A stretch of 64,000 bases of DNA from an uncultured Gammaproteobacteria bacterium (GCA_964621305.1 CAZUOM010000007.1:5422-69421), one strand, 5' to 3'. Positions 28,864-38,262 are shown, counted from the stretch's first letter. A program made the numbers and translations. The notes: generated from the sequence alone by a model not told the origin.

Positions 28864-30095
28864 AGCGCAATGCTCCCGTCGTATTCTTCGGATTGTTTTG
28901 TATAGGCGTTGTTTTCCGACTCTGGTTTGTCTCGCTTGTTACTCAGCCATTTGTATATGACCAGGAGGAGTACTATGGATATGCCCTCGGAATACTCAAA
29001 AACGGCCTTCACGCGGATCTCTATCGGCTCTACGGGTACCCGCTGATCATAACACCGCTCATTTATTTCTTCGGCGTGACAAGTCCGCTGCCGTGGACAA
29101 TTTTTCATGCGATCCTTGACACGACGACGGCATTTTTGGTCTTTTGGATAGGGAAAAAGTTGTTTCACAGTGAGAAACCTGCGTGGATTGCTTTTATTCT
29201 CTATCTCTTTAATCCGTTTACTGCAGGCTACGTAGGGGTTTTATTAAGCGAGATCATAGCGATTTTTTTTACAGCCTTGATTTTTGTCTTTTTTTTAGTG
29301 GATGCCGAGAAGCCTCGACTTCTCACCGGCAGTTTTCTGGCTTTCTTATTAGGCTACTACGTCCAGATTAAACCGGGATTTTTGTGGTTTAGCCTTATTG
29401 CCTTAGCCGTAGTTGTGATAAGGAGGATTAGAATAGTAGCCGTGATGATGGTTCTTTTTCTTCTTCCTTTTTCATATAATCTCGTCGGTAACTGGAAGGC
29501 GTTTGGGGAAGTTAACCCCATGATGGTTGACCGTGTGTTTGCGCGGGAGCTTTACACAAGTCTATTTATTGGCCGGGGACTCGCATTTACCGATACGCAG
29601 TTTGGAGTGTGGCCGCAGGAAGCATACGAGGTTTGGAATGAGCTCTCACGCCCAAAAAATGCGCGCGAGCGTGATACTGTTGCAAAAAAATATATTGATT
29701 CGGCGCTAGCCAAAATTAAAAGCGATCCGGTCTGGTTTATCCGGACCAGGATAGCAAAGATGGGATACGTATGGGAAAAACATTTTGTCTTTCCGTATGC
29801 TCAAGGCAAGAGCGGTGATTTAACTAAAAGCGTAATATACTGGGGAAATCTGGCGATTCTGGGATTGGCAATAGTAGGATTTGTTAGATGGATAAGAGGG
29901 ACAAGAGGGATTAGGGGCATCGGGTCTCTGGTGATACTCCTCGTGGTTTATATTTCCGCTGTACACGCTTTTTCCACATCAGAGGAGCGGTTTTCGCTGC
30001 CGGCGTATCCCATGGTTTTTCTGTTTGCCGGATATGGACTGTGGTTGGTTGGGAGAAGCAAGCTGTTTAAGGCCGCTGTCATAGATAAACGTTAG
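28860..30095 (+). CDS. GT-C (PMT/ArnT-like) membrane glycosyltransferase
   Basis: 'YDQEEY', 'YGYP', 'LFNPFT…LSE', 'EERF'; paralog of 25327. Confidence 0.75.
   Translation: MKRNAPVVFFGLFCIGVVFRLWFVSLVTQPFVYDQEEYYGYALGILKNGLHADLYRLYGYPLIITPLIYFFGVTSPLPWTIFHAILDTTTAFLVFWIGKKLFHSEKPAWIAFILYLFNPFTAGYVGVLLSEIIAIFFTALIFVFFLVDAEKPRLLTGSFLAFLLGYYVQIKPGFLWFSLIALAVVVIRRIRIVAVMMVLFLLPFSYNLVGNWKAFGEVNPMMVDRVFARELYTSLFIGRGLAFTDTQFGVWPQEAYEVWNELSRPKNARERDTVAKKYIDSALAKIKSDPVWFIRTRIAKMGYVWEKHFVFPYAQGKSGDLTKSVIYWGNLAILGLAIVGFVRWIRGTRGIRGIGSLVILLVVYISAVHAFSTSEERFSLPAYPMVFLFAGYGLWLVGRSKLFKAAVIDKR
29892..29924 (+). repeat. Degenerate 9-mer tract within CDS (IRG-TRG-IRG-IG)
   Basis: ataagaggg acaagaggg attaggggc atcggg. 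Confidence 0.55.
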
Positions 30096-31604
30096 AGGAA
30101 CACCTTGAATGCTTACTGTGTAAATTGGTTGCCTGTTTTTCATGTATTCGGTAATTCCCCAGTAACGAGTAAAAAAAGATTCCCTGTTGAGAAGCACAAC
30201 GTAACTAGCTTCATCAAATCCCTTTTGGTTCACATGGGCGGTAAGATCCGGGCGCAAGTACTTGGCTGCTGCATCTGCCGCCATCACGATATGGACGTAG
30301 CTATCCTTTGGAGCGTTAGCGTTTAGCCAGCGGATAGCTTGCTTTTGAGAGGTGCCCCAGTACTCGACATCAAATTTGTGCCAGGCGCCGCGGATTCCAC
30401 CCACTAGCTCGTTGAAGTAGGAGATTTGGTAAGGGTGATAGGAGGTAATCTGTAAAATTAAGTAACCGAATATTCCCAACGTAATTATAGCTAAGAAAGG
30501 CTTTTTCACATTGTTAAATTGTTTCATTGTTAAATTGTTAAAAAATCGAAACGCATTTGCGGTGCCAACTGCCGCAATCGCCGCCAGCGGAAAAACTACT
30601 TCTTCAAAGTGGCGGATGCCGTCGATGACGCCGATCTTGGGGTTGAGATAGCGAATAAGAGGAATGAAAAACCAAAAGAGAAGTAGAGAGGCGACGGGTT
30701 TTTGTCTGATTTGCCTAATTAGTCTAATTAGTCCAATTAGGAAAAAAACCAAGACGGGAACAGGCGTCGTAACCGCCAAGTACCCGAAAGGGTAATGCCA
30801 GGGGACGTTGACGCCGGATTTGTAGATGTTGCCAAAATAGAGGACTTCTAGGTTTTGAGTGTTGTCTAGAAAAAATCGGAACATGTAGGTGAGCCGTTCG
30901 ATTGGATTGGGCCACAAGGGGAGCCAGAGGAGGAGAGCGGCGGCTGGCGCCAGAAGAAAGTATAGTAAGAAGAAAATCTTTTTCTTATCTATTATCCAAG
31001 CGCCGGTTATCACTGGCACAAAAAGAGTATTGACCTTAGTGTTGAAGGCGATTGCAAATGAGAGGCAGGCGAGAACTAGATCTTTGACGCGTTTGTACTT
31101 TACCAGTCTCCAAAAAGCGTAGATAGCTAGAGCAAATGCCGCCGCTTGTGGAACATCCTTCATGTTGTTGTGGAGGTCGCCGAAGTAGCGAGGCAAAAGC
31201 GCGAGAAACGTAAATCCAGCAAGAGCAGTTAGAAAGCCAAATGATTCTAAAAGGAATAAATAGAGTACAAAAATTCCGATTACGCCTGAAACGATTATGG
31301 ACAAGTGATAGGCGTTGTCAAATGGGAGAATCTTGAATTTTTCAAAAAAAAGTTGGTTCGTTGCCGCTGGACCAATCACCATCAGGGGCCCAAAAGGCAA
31401 ATCGTAAGTGCCGCGGGGGTCCGGTATGGTGAAGGGAATATTTTTGGTGAGTTCTTCTTTGACCGGAATCCCCAAGTGCCAGAGCCCTGCAAAAAAGTGA
31501 TGGTGGAAGTCCCACGTGACGCCGTAGTCGTCAATAATCACCAGATGTACAACTAGTAAAAGTATAGTAAGAGCTATTCCTATTTTTACGTGTTTACTTT
31601 TCAT
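29979..31604 (-). CDS. GT-C (ArnT/PMT-like) membrane glycosyltransferase
   Basis: 'YGVTWD', 'HNNMKD', 'VPWHY', 'DGIRHF', 'YFNELVGG', 'EYWG'. Confidence 0.8.
   Translation of the reverse strand: MKSKHVKIGIALTILLLVVHLVIIDDYGVTWDFHHHFFAGLWHLGIPVKEELTKNIPFTIPDPRGTYDLPFGPLMVIGPAATNQLFFEKFKILPFDNAYHLSIIVSGVIGIFVLYLFLLESFGFLTALAGFTFLALLPRYFGDLHNNMKDVPQAAAFALAIYAFWRLVKYKRVKDLVLACLSFAIAFNTKVNTLFVPVITGAWIIDKKKIFFLLYFLLAPAAALLLWLPLWPNPIERLTYMFRFFLDNTQNLEVLYFGNIYKSGVNVPWHYPFGYLAVTTPVPVLVFFLIGLIRLIRQIRQKPVASLLLFWFFIPLIRYLNPKIGVIDGIRHFEEVVFPLAAIAAVGTANAFRFFNNLTMKQFNNVKKPFLAIITLGIFGYLILQITSYHPYQISYFNELVGGIRGAWHKFDVEYWGTSQKQAIRWLNANAPKDSYVHIVMAADAAAKYLRPDLTAHVNQKGFDEASYVVLLNRESFFTRYWGITEYMKNRQPIYTVSIQGVPLTFIYDSGLKQLASPNQPQSISGKQKNHGIRRQRKPLL
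30510..30541 (-). repeat. (TTAACAAT)x4 tandem octamer within CDS
   Basis: Plus strand attgttaa attgtttc attgttaa attgttaa; encodes FNNLTMKQFNN. Confidence 0.85.
30702..30740 (-). repeat. Degenerate 9-mer tract within CDS (LIGLIRLIRQIRQ)
   Basis: Plus strand ttgtctgat ttgcctaat tagtctaat tagtccaat tag. Confidence 0.7.
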
Positions 31605-33102
31605 AGATTGTGACCGTTTGTGCGCCGTAAAGTTCTTTAAGAAAATTATATTTTAGTTGGAATTGAGACTTATCTCCGTCAAAATTAGTGAAGAAAATAT
31701 ACTTTATGTTTTGGCGGGCAAGCCACTGGCGTGCTTGGTCAGAAGTCATATTTTTGGCGAAAAATTTTGAGGATATTGCTTTTTTTTCATTGCTACTGAT
31801 CGTTGCAAACGCGTGGCCGGTGTAGCTAGTATGCCCGCTTAGGGCGGGGACTATGGAATCCATGTGGGTAGCTGGACTGGCAAGAACCACGTCACTTAAA
31901 GGGCTTAAGGAGCTTAAGTAGGTAAAACCATCATAGATTTCTCGCGGTAGGTACAAGAGGGGTATTCGCTCATGGGGTCTGACAACTAGTTTTTGTTGGA
32001 TTTCCCAGTATAAGGTAGGAAGGGTGAGAAGAAAAAAGATAGATAAAAGAATAATTTGAAATTTGAAATTTGAAATTTTAAATTTAAGTCCCTCTACGGC
32101 GAGCGCCCCCCAGAAGACGTAGAGAGCGGGGAACAGAACCCGGCTGTTGGAGACGCCGAGAAATTTAGGAATTGGTGAAAAGAAAAGAAGGTAACAAATG
32201 ATTAAAAGGACAGCGCCAAAAGTCATAATTGGTTTAGGCTTTAGGAATATGGAGCGTAACCCTAAAACTCCTAAAATAACTATCGGTCCTATCGATAGCA
32301 TCATAAAAAGCCCAGTTGTAGCGACCTGCTGACCGGCCTCCCAAAGTTTGGATTGGATATGGGGTTGGGTATTAGTGAGGCTGTTGTAATAGAGGGCAAC
32401 GATAAGAAAAACTACGGAAACTAAAAAATTTCCCCGGCCGGTTATCCACGACGTGAGGAGAAATAGCCCTGACACTACTGGGTTGAGTGTTGTAAGAAGG
32501 GTGATCAAGACAGTTGAGAAAATCAATTTTCTTTTTTGAATAAAAAACCATACGTAAACGAGGAGCAAAAACAAAAGCGTTTGCACTAGCTGGTGTGGAA
32601 CGGCACCTAAGCGGTCGAATGCAAGGTTGGGAGTTTTCCAAAGCAGAAATGGATACCACATGAATGTGCCGTCAACCCAGATGCGGTTCATAAAAGATGT
32701 AGCTGTTGTGGTAAAAAAAAATGCAATGAGAGCTTTTGACTTATTGTTATTAAATACGGATTGCATGAGTTGATAGGTGAAAAATAGTATGGTAAAAGAT
32801 AGAAGAAATACTGAGAGGTTGTATGACCATTGCGGTGCCAACCCGCCGGCTCCACCCAATTTCCCCAAAAGGATATTCGGCCAAAACATGATGCTTGGAC
32901 TGATTGCCTCGGTCGTGTATCTGTTTGCCGTCAGCCACGCCCCATGAGCAGCCTGAGTAAAGTGGTTAAGATAGAAAAAATAATCTTCATAATAGTGAGT
33001 GGTACCCAGGTAGACTTCTCCTGGTTTTGTGTTAATGACACCGGAAAAAAAGTTGATGGAGTTGAGGGATGAAAGAAACAGAATGAAAAAGAGAACAATC
33101 AT
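31594..33102 (-). CDS. GT-C-type multi-pass membrane protein
   Basis: 'THYYEDYFFYLNHFTQAAHG…YTTE', 'VPALSGHTSYTGH'; paralog of 11683. Confidence 0.75.
   Translation of the reverse strand: MIVLFFILFLSSLNSINFFSGVINTKPGEVYLGTTHYYEDYFFYLNHFTQAAHGAWLTANRYTTEAISPSIMFWPNILLGKLGGAGGLAPQWSYNLSVFLLSFTILFFTYQLMQSVFNNNKSKALIAFFFTTTATSFMNRIWVDGTFMWYPFLLWKTPNLAFDRLGAVPHQLVQTLLFLLLVYVWFFIQKRKLIFSTVLITLLTTLNPVVSGLFLLTSWITGRGNFLVSVVFLIVALYYNSLTNTQPHIQSKLWEAGQQVATTGLFMMLSIGPIVILGVLGLRSIFLKPKPIMTFGAVLLIICYLLFFSPIPKFLGVSNSRVLFPALYVFWGALAVEGLKFKISNFKFQIILLSIFFLLTLPTLYWEIQQKLVVRPHERIPLLYLPREIYDGFTYLSSLSPLSDVVLASPATHMDSIVPALSGHTSYTGHAFATISSNEKKAISSKFFAKNMTSDQARQWLARQNIKYIFFTNFDGDKSQFQLKYNFLKELYGAQTVTIYEK
32053..32087 (-). 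repeat. Heptamer x5 within CDS (same coding-strand unit as 16251)
   Basis: Plus strand aatttga x3, aatttta, aatttaa; encodes KFKISNFKFQI. Confidence 0.9.
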
Positions 33103-33121
33103 TGGTACTATTATATCAATG
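33100..33121. promoter_or_regulatory. Overlapping bidirectional extended -10 promoters for two leaderless genes
   Basis: Plus: TGG-TACTAT-7nt-ATG(33119); minus: TGA-TATAAT-7nt-ATG(33102). Confidence 0.65.
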
Positions 33122-34579
33122 AAAGAATCGTTGCATCGAATAATACCGTTCTTGTTGTATGGAGTTAGCTTCTTGTTATTAGTTTACTTCTTATGGTGGC
33201 ATGGCGTATTTGCCGTTTACAGGTATTTTGATGTCGATGAGTTTGCTCATCTTCATTGGATCAGCCATATGATCATGGGCAAATGGCCGTATAGGGACTT
33301 CCTCACGTTTTTTCCTCCCGGATTTTTATGGTTTTTGGCGCCTTCGTTTGCAATAGGCTGGGGGACGGTGACGCCTATTCTGACGGCACGCCTGATGATG
33401 TTTGCAGTATTTGTGGGCATTGTCGCCTCCGCCGGGCTTCTTTTTTGGGAAATGCGTCGGTCGTGGGTTGCCGTCATTGTGCCACTTTTATTGGCGTTTT
33501 TGCCTCTTCCGTTTGATAAGTTTGTCGAAATCCGGCCTGATAATCCGGCGGCACTTTTCCTTTTGGTTGGCATGTATTTTCAGGTCAGGTGGATGCGAGA
33601 AGGAAGACGTCTGAGTGCATTTGCTGCAGGTTTTTGCTATAGCACGTCGGTGCTCGTATTGACCAAGATGGTGCCGGCTGTAATGCCTGGTATTGGCCTG
33701 GCATTGTGGGAACTATCCAGGGGCAATAGAACAGCAACGCGTTTCTTTTTTGGTTTCGGTTTTCCGCTAGGGATAGTCGGATTGTGGCTTCTTACTCTGG
33801 GGGATGTGGGAACGGTATTGTACTCACTCGTGCAATTGCCAATTGAAGCAAATAAAATCAGCACAATATTTTTTATGGCTCCGGATTTATTTTTTTATCC
33901 TAACGGCATTTTTTACGGTACCAATGGCTGGAGTCGTGAACTTTTGTCAAATCACTTGTTGTGGATCGTTGGACTCACTATTGGAATCTATAGATTGGTG
34001 ACGGCATTTGGAAAGTCGGAACTGCTTGTTGCTGGGACCTTTATCCTGCAGGTTGTCATGTACATTCAGTTCGTTCCTCTCAAGCACGCGCAGTATCTAG
34101 TTCCGATTGCGCCGTTTGTGGCGTGGTATGTGGCTGATGGAGTCGGCATGATCTGGAAGAAGGTCGGGGGGATCGCATTTGCAGCGGCATTTTTGGTCGC
34201 AGCTTTTTATCTTTTTGACACAAGCGAGTCGGTGAATAGGCCTAAGCTTGGCTGGACGAATAATGAAGCAATCGCATTTTTGAAAAACCTTTATACGACG
34301 ATTCCAAAAACAGAATATATACTGGATCTCGATGGTCGGACTCTGTATTACCCGGATCCGTATTATGCTTGCTGTATACCATTTGGTCAGTTTGCGCCCT
34401 TTTTGAGCAGGCAGCTTCCGTCGCTTGCTGCTGTCCTTGAAAAAACACAAACAAGATATATTTACCAAGGCCAACTGGAGCGGGTGAAAACATTGCTCCC
34501 AGAGGACCAGGAGTATATTCTCAGTCGGTACAAGCAATTGGTCAATGGCGATCCACAGCTGCTTATTCGTACGAATTGA
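33119..34579 (+). CDS. GT-C-type membrane protein
   Basis: 'FDVDEFAHLH', 'PYRDF', 'EIRPD', multi-TM; start placed at ATG 33119. Confidence 0.75.
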   Translation: MKESLHRIIPFLLYGVSFLLLVYFLWWHGVFAVYRYFDVDEFAHLHWISHMIMGKWPYRDFLTFFPPGFLWFLAPSFAIGWGTVTPILTARLMMFAVFVGIVASAGLLFWEMRRSWVAVIVPLLLAFLPLPFDKFVEIRPDNPAALFLLVGMYFQVRWMREGRRLSAFAAGFCYSTSVLVLTKMVPAVMPGIGLALWELSRGNRTATRFFFGFGFPLGIVGLWLLTLGDVGTVLYSLVQLPIEANKISTIFFMAPDLFFYPNGIFYGTNGWSRELLSNHLLWIVGLTIGIYRLVTAFGKSELLVAGTFILQVVMYIQFVPLKHAQYLVPIAPFVAWYVADGVGMIWKKVGGIAFAAAFLVAAFYLFDTSESVNRPKLGWTNNEAIAFLKNLYTTIPKTEYILDLDGRTLYYPDPYYACCIPFGQFAPFLSRQLPSLAAVLEKTQTRYIYQGQLERVKTLLPEDQEYILSRYKQLVNGDPQLLIRTN

Positions 34580-34612
34580 CTCATCTTTTATTGCCTTGTA
34601 TGATGGGCGACA

Positions 34613-35332
34613 GTGAAAAAAGGCATTGATGTTTCTCTAGTTTTACCCTGTTTCAACGAAGCGGAAACATTTATGGAGAGCGTTGCGCATATTACTAAAG
34701 TATTGGAGGCAAGTAAATTTTCATACGAGGTTATCTTTGTTGAAGACAAAAGCAGCGACAATACTGCGGACTTGGTGTATGCGGCAGTTGCCAAACATAA
34801 AAAGTTTCGCGCCATTTTTCATCGAGTCAACCAAGGCCGCGGAGCATCAGTAGGAGACGGTATAAAGGCAGCCAAAGGCTCGACAGTAGGATTCATCGAT
34901 ATTGATTGCGAAGTGTCTCCTGTCTACATTCCCGAAATGGTTAGCATGATTTTGGCCCATAAAGCAGATGTGGTGGTTGGCAATCGCATCTATCGGACGA
35001 GTCTGTCTTCCATACCTCGAGAAGTGCTGAGCCGAGGTTACCGGAGGCTTTGTGACATTATGTTTGACACAGAGGGAATAGATACGGAAAGCGGCTACAA
35101 GTTTTTTCACAGAAAAAAAATACTACCAGTGCTCTGCCAGGCGCAACATCCTGGATGGTTTTGGGATACAGAGATTATAGTTTTGGGAAAGAGAGCTGGG
35201 CTTGCGATTGTGGAAATGCCAGTTTTCTATGAGCGCCGGAGAGATAAAACGTCATCTGTCCATGTTGCGATTGACACAGTAGACTATGTAAGAAGTCTTT
35301 TCGCACTCCGAGGACGCTTGAGGTCAACATAA
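34613..35332 (+). CDS. GT2 polyprenol-phosphate glycosyltransferase-like
   Basis: 'LPCFNE', 'VEDKSSD', 'NQGRG', 'DID', 'DTESGYK', 'WFWDTE'. Confidence 0.85.
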   Translation: MKKGIDVSLVLPCFNEAETFMESVAHITKVLEASKFSYEVIFVEDKSSDNTADLVYAAVAKHKKFRAIFHRVNQGRGASVGDGIKAAKGSTVGFIDIDCEVSPVYIPEMVSMILAHKADVVVGNRIYRTSLSSIPREVLSRGYRRLCDIMFDTEGIDTESGYKFFHRKKILPVLCQAQHPGWFWDTEIIVLGKRAGLAIVEMPVFYERRRDKTSSVHVAIDTVDYVRSLFALRGRLRST

Positions 35333-35338
35333 GTATAT

Positions 35339-35911
35339 ATGATAAAGATCCGAAGACAGAAGGATCAAAGATCAGCTCTAGCTATCATCGGCTGGGGAAA
35401 AGCGCTGCGTTTTCTGTTTTTTGTCATTTACCGGTATCTGCTCCATATCGCAGTTGTGCCCCAGTTGCGGTCAATGCTGCTTACCATCGCCGGTGCAAAA
35501 ATTGGAACGGGCAGTATCATCCTAGACGTTGATTTTTCCAATCTCCATCACCATGGCTTTTCTCGCATGTGGGTGGGCAGACGTTGTTTTATAGGTGACG
35601 GGGCATTACTGGATACTCGAGGAGGACTACATTTGGGCGATGAGGTAACGCTTTCGAGTCGAGTTGTACTCATAACGCACACCAACGTAGGCTTTCCAAG
35701 CCATCCGCTCCAGAAAGCGTATCCACCTAAGGAGGGGAAAATCACGATCGGAGACGGAGCGTATTTGGGGACGGCGGCAATCGTCTTGCCTGGAATCACG
35801 ATCGGTGAAAAATCAGTGGTCGGGGCCGGAGCCGTCGTGACCCATGATGTTCCGACGAGGACCGTGGTTGCCGGCGTTCCTGCCAGAGCGATTAAAAAAA
35901 TTCGTCAATAG
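35339..35911 (+). CDS. Hexapeptide-repeat (LbH) acyltransferase
   Basis: 'IGDGAYLG..AIVLPGITIG..SVVGAGAVVTHDV..VAGVPAR'. Confidence 0.9.
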   Translation: MIKIRRQKDQRSALAIIGWGKALRFLFFVIYRYLLHIAVVPQLRSMLLTIAGAKIGTGSIILDVDFSNLHHHGFSRMWVGRRCFIGDGALLDTRGGLHLGDEVTLSSRVVLITHTNVGFPSHPLQKAYPPKEGKITIGDGAYLGTAAIVLPGITIGEKSVVGAGAVVTHDVPTRTVVAGVPARAIKKIRQ

Positions 35912-35928
35912 ACTGGCTAGATCCTTTT

Positions 35929-37059
35929 ATGCGCATTCCACTGACCAGACCGTTTTGGGCTAAAGAAGAGGAAAAAGCCGCCGGTGTCTCGGTGCGGCGC
36001 CTACATGCTTCCGGCGACGGGCCGGAGAGCAGTCGGTTGGTCGAACATCTCAAGAAATTGACGCGGGCGGCATATGTTTTTCCGGTGACTTCCGGCACGC
36101 ACGGGCTCGAGCTTTCCATGATGGCATTAGGTGTTGGCTCTGGAGACGAAGTCATCATGCCGAGCTTTACTATGAGCTCGACGGCCAACAGCGTCGTTTT
36201 GCGGGGAGGCACTCCGGTGTTTGCCGAAATTGATGACGTTTATTTCAACATCGATCCGGCTGACGTCGAACGGAATATTACAAAAAAAACAAAGGGAATC
36301 ATTGTAGTTCACTACGCCGGCATGGCATGCAGAATGGAAAAAATAGTTGCCGTGGCAAAGAAATATAACTTGTTCATAGTTGAGGATGCAGCCCATTCCA
36401 TTGGTGTAAGCTATCTTGGTAAATCACTAGGTTTATGGGGCGACATCGGCGTCTACTCGTTTCACGCAACTAAAAATGTCGCATGCGGAGAAGGTGGCGT
36501 CCTTTTAACGAACAACCGGCTTTTAGCAAAAAAAATAGAAATTTATCGGGCAAATGGAACTAATAAAAACGCGTTTCTGCGTGGTGAAGTGGCCAAGTAT
36601 CACTGGCTGGATTTCGGTAGCAGCTATCTTCTCTCCGATGTGTTAGCCGCAATCGTCAACGCACAGCTTGCTAAATTAATAGTTATCAACCGGGAGCGGG
36701 CAAAAGTTGCCGCTTATTACACTAAGAAATTAATTCGGTTTAGCAATATCACCCTTCCGTCGGTTCCCAAAGGCAGCAAACCCAACTGGCACATCTATGC
36801 TATCCGTTTTGACTCCGGTGAGCACGCAGATATATTCTTGCATCAAATGCGTGCGGCTGGAATAGAAGTCTCGCGCCATTATGTTCCGCTCCATAGCGCC
36901 CCGGCGGGCAAAAAATTTGGCAAAAAATCCGGTAGACTTCCGGTGACCGATCGAATCCACGAAACCCTCATACGCCTGCCGATTTACCCTGGGCTAACAA
37001 AAAAAGAGCTATCCTACATTGTTTCCACCGCCAAGAAAACACTTCGGTCGCTCGTTTAG
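35929..37059 (+). CDS. wecE: dTDP-4-amino-4,6-dideoxygalactose transaminase-like (WecE/RffA)
   Basis: 'SFHATKN..CGEGG' plus RffA-type 'GTNKNAFLRGEVAKYHWLDFGSSYLLSD'. Confidence 0.75.
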   Translation: MRIPLTRPFWAKEEEKAAGVSVRRLHASGDGPESSRLVEHLKKLTRAAYVFPVTSGTHGLELSMMALGVGSGDEVIMPSFTMSSTANSVVLRGGTPVFAEIDDVYFNIDPADVERNITKKTKGIIVVHYAGMACRMEKIVAVAKKYNLFIVEDAAHSIGVSYLGKSLGLWGDIGVYSFHATKNVACGEGGVLLTNNRLLAKKIEIYRANGTNKNAFLRGEVAKYHWLDFGSSYLLSDVLAAIVNAQLAKLIVINRERAKVAAYYTKKLIRFSNITLPSVPKGSKPNWHIYAIRFDSGEHADIFLHQMRAAGIEVSRHYVPLHSAPAGKKFGKKSGRLPVTDRIHETLIRLPIYPGLTKKELSYIVSTAKKTLRSLV

Positions 37060-37063
37060 ATTA

Positions 37064-37080
37064 GAACCGATTGACGGTTC
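37064..37080. terminator. Short perfect hairpin after wecE-like gene (weak terminator candidate)
   Basis: GAACCG-ATTGA-CGGTTC; no U-tract. Confidence 0.3.
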
Positions 37081-37084
37081 ATTC

Positions 37085-37168
37085 CAGGCAGTTGAAACAG
37101 GAGCGGTTCTCGTGACCTACGATGCGCATTTTTCTGCGATTCCAGGGTTGAGAATGTGGGGAGAGTAA
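37085..37168 (+). pseudogene. C-terminal remnant of a VapC/PIN toxin
   Basis: Translates QAVETGAVLVTYDAHFSAIPGLRMWGE*, the PIN C-terminal 'LVTxDxHF..IPGL' pattern; no start codon. Confidence 0.7.
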
Positions 37169-37202
37169 GATAGGATAGTCATACTTGCCCTTCATTGTCT
37201 CC

Positions 37203-37414
37203 ATGCGGCCGTTTCTTTCCATTATCATCCCGTACCATAATTCCGCTGATACGATCAGTCGCTTGCTGATTCCTTAGAAAAAACCAAAACGAAGTACGTT
37301 TACCAGGGGTAGCTAAAACCGGTTACAACACTCTTGCCGCCTGGAGATCAAGCATACATTACTGCACGTTTTGAACCGGTTATGGGAATACCGGGCCTTT
37401 TGGAGCGTAAATAA
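37203..37414 (+). pseudogene. Chimeric relic: 5' end of a GT2 fused to the 3' end of a GT-C gene
   Basis: 37203-37277 = MRPFLSIIIPYHNSADTISRLL (cf. 39351 MRPFLSLIIPYHNSEATIGRL); 37259-37414 = SLADSLEKTKTKYVYQG*LKPVTTLLPPGDQAYI (cf. 34421 SLAAVLEKTQTRYIYQGQLERVKTLLPEDQEYI). Confidence 0.85.
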
Positions 37415-38212
37415 TTATTTTAGTTTTCTTTTCCAATACTTCCACAGTTGTTCAAATTGTGACCGTTCAGCGGCAGCGATGGTAGGATCTTCAATAATAA
37501 AACCTGTACGATTATCGTGAGCAACATAAGAAACCTCATGATTATAGATTTGTTTATCGACGTGGCCGAAACGATTGGTTTTTAGGCGCGGGATAACTAA
37601 CATTTCGTTTCGGCTGGATTGATACCTCGCTTGGTATTCCCTCGTTGAGGGATTTTCTTCCAGAATCTCACGTGTTTTGATACCACGGCTTATGGTCTTT
37701 TCAATAAAATCTTTTAAGTAATCAGGGTCACTTGTCAACCCTGTCTGAACATCCGGACTCCCTTGGCAAACAACGAGTATTTCTTCTCCTGACAACGCAG
37801 CACGGTAAACCATGCGTAACCCATTCTCTCCTTCATACCAGCGTACTCGTGGCATATTGTATGTTTTACCTAAGAGATTTCTTTCAAACTCAACTGATAC
37901 TTCTCTTATTTGTTTTGCCATCTTGTTATATGAGCTAATTTTGTTGACTATGAATGATTCTAGTTGAGACGGATTTGCTGCCGTGAACAATAATTTGGTT
38001 TCTCCTTTCACTTTGGAAATGAGTCCGAGGATAATCAGGTCCTCTAAAAACATATAGATACTTGCTCTGGGAAACCCAGTCTTTTTTTCTAGCATACCAA
38101 CGCTGGTGGTTCCAGTCTCTAGGAGTGCTACATAAAGTCGAGCATGTTCTGTTTGCAAATTCAGTTCAGCAAAGGCTCCTCTGATATATTCTGTCGACAA
38201 TTTTGACAACAT
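37415..38212 (-). CDS. TrmB-family transcriptional regulator
   Basis: 'ARLYVALLETG…GFPRASIY..LEDL..LGLI' HTH; 'YEGENG' and PLD-like C-domain. Confidence 0.85.
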   Translation of the reverse strand: MLSKLSTEYIRGAFAELNLQTEHARLYVALLETGTTSVGMLEKKTGFPRASIYMFLEDLIILGLISKVKGETKLLFTAANPSQLESFIVNKISSYNKMAKQIREVSVEFERNLLGKTYNMPRVRWYEGENGLRMVYRAALSGEEILVVCQGSPDVQTGLTSDPDYLKDFIEKTISRGIKTREILEENPSTREYQARYQSSRNEMLVIPRLKTNRFGHVDKQIYNHEVSYVAHDNRTGFIIEDPTIAAAERSQFEQLWKYWKRKLK

Positions 38213-38261
38213 GTTGCTTCTATTTTGGCATAAATCTATAATATTGTCAAAATTTTAGACA
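38192..38261. promoter_or_regulatory. Pair of inverted 18-bp TGTC-N9-GACA boxes flanking a TATAAT
   Basis: 38192-38209 TGTCGACAATTTTGACAA and 38244-38261 TTGTCAAAATTTTAGACA (16/18 reverse-complement match); TATAAT at 38237. Confidence 0.55.
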
Positions 38262-38262
38262 T

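Noticed and set aside
37310-37312. TAG read-through or alternative genetic code
   Set aside because: The fragment has no start and is truncated; TAG, TGA and TAA all terminate intact genes in this window
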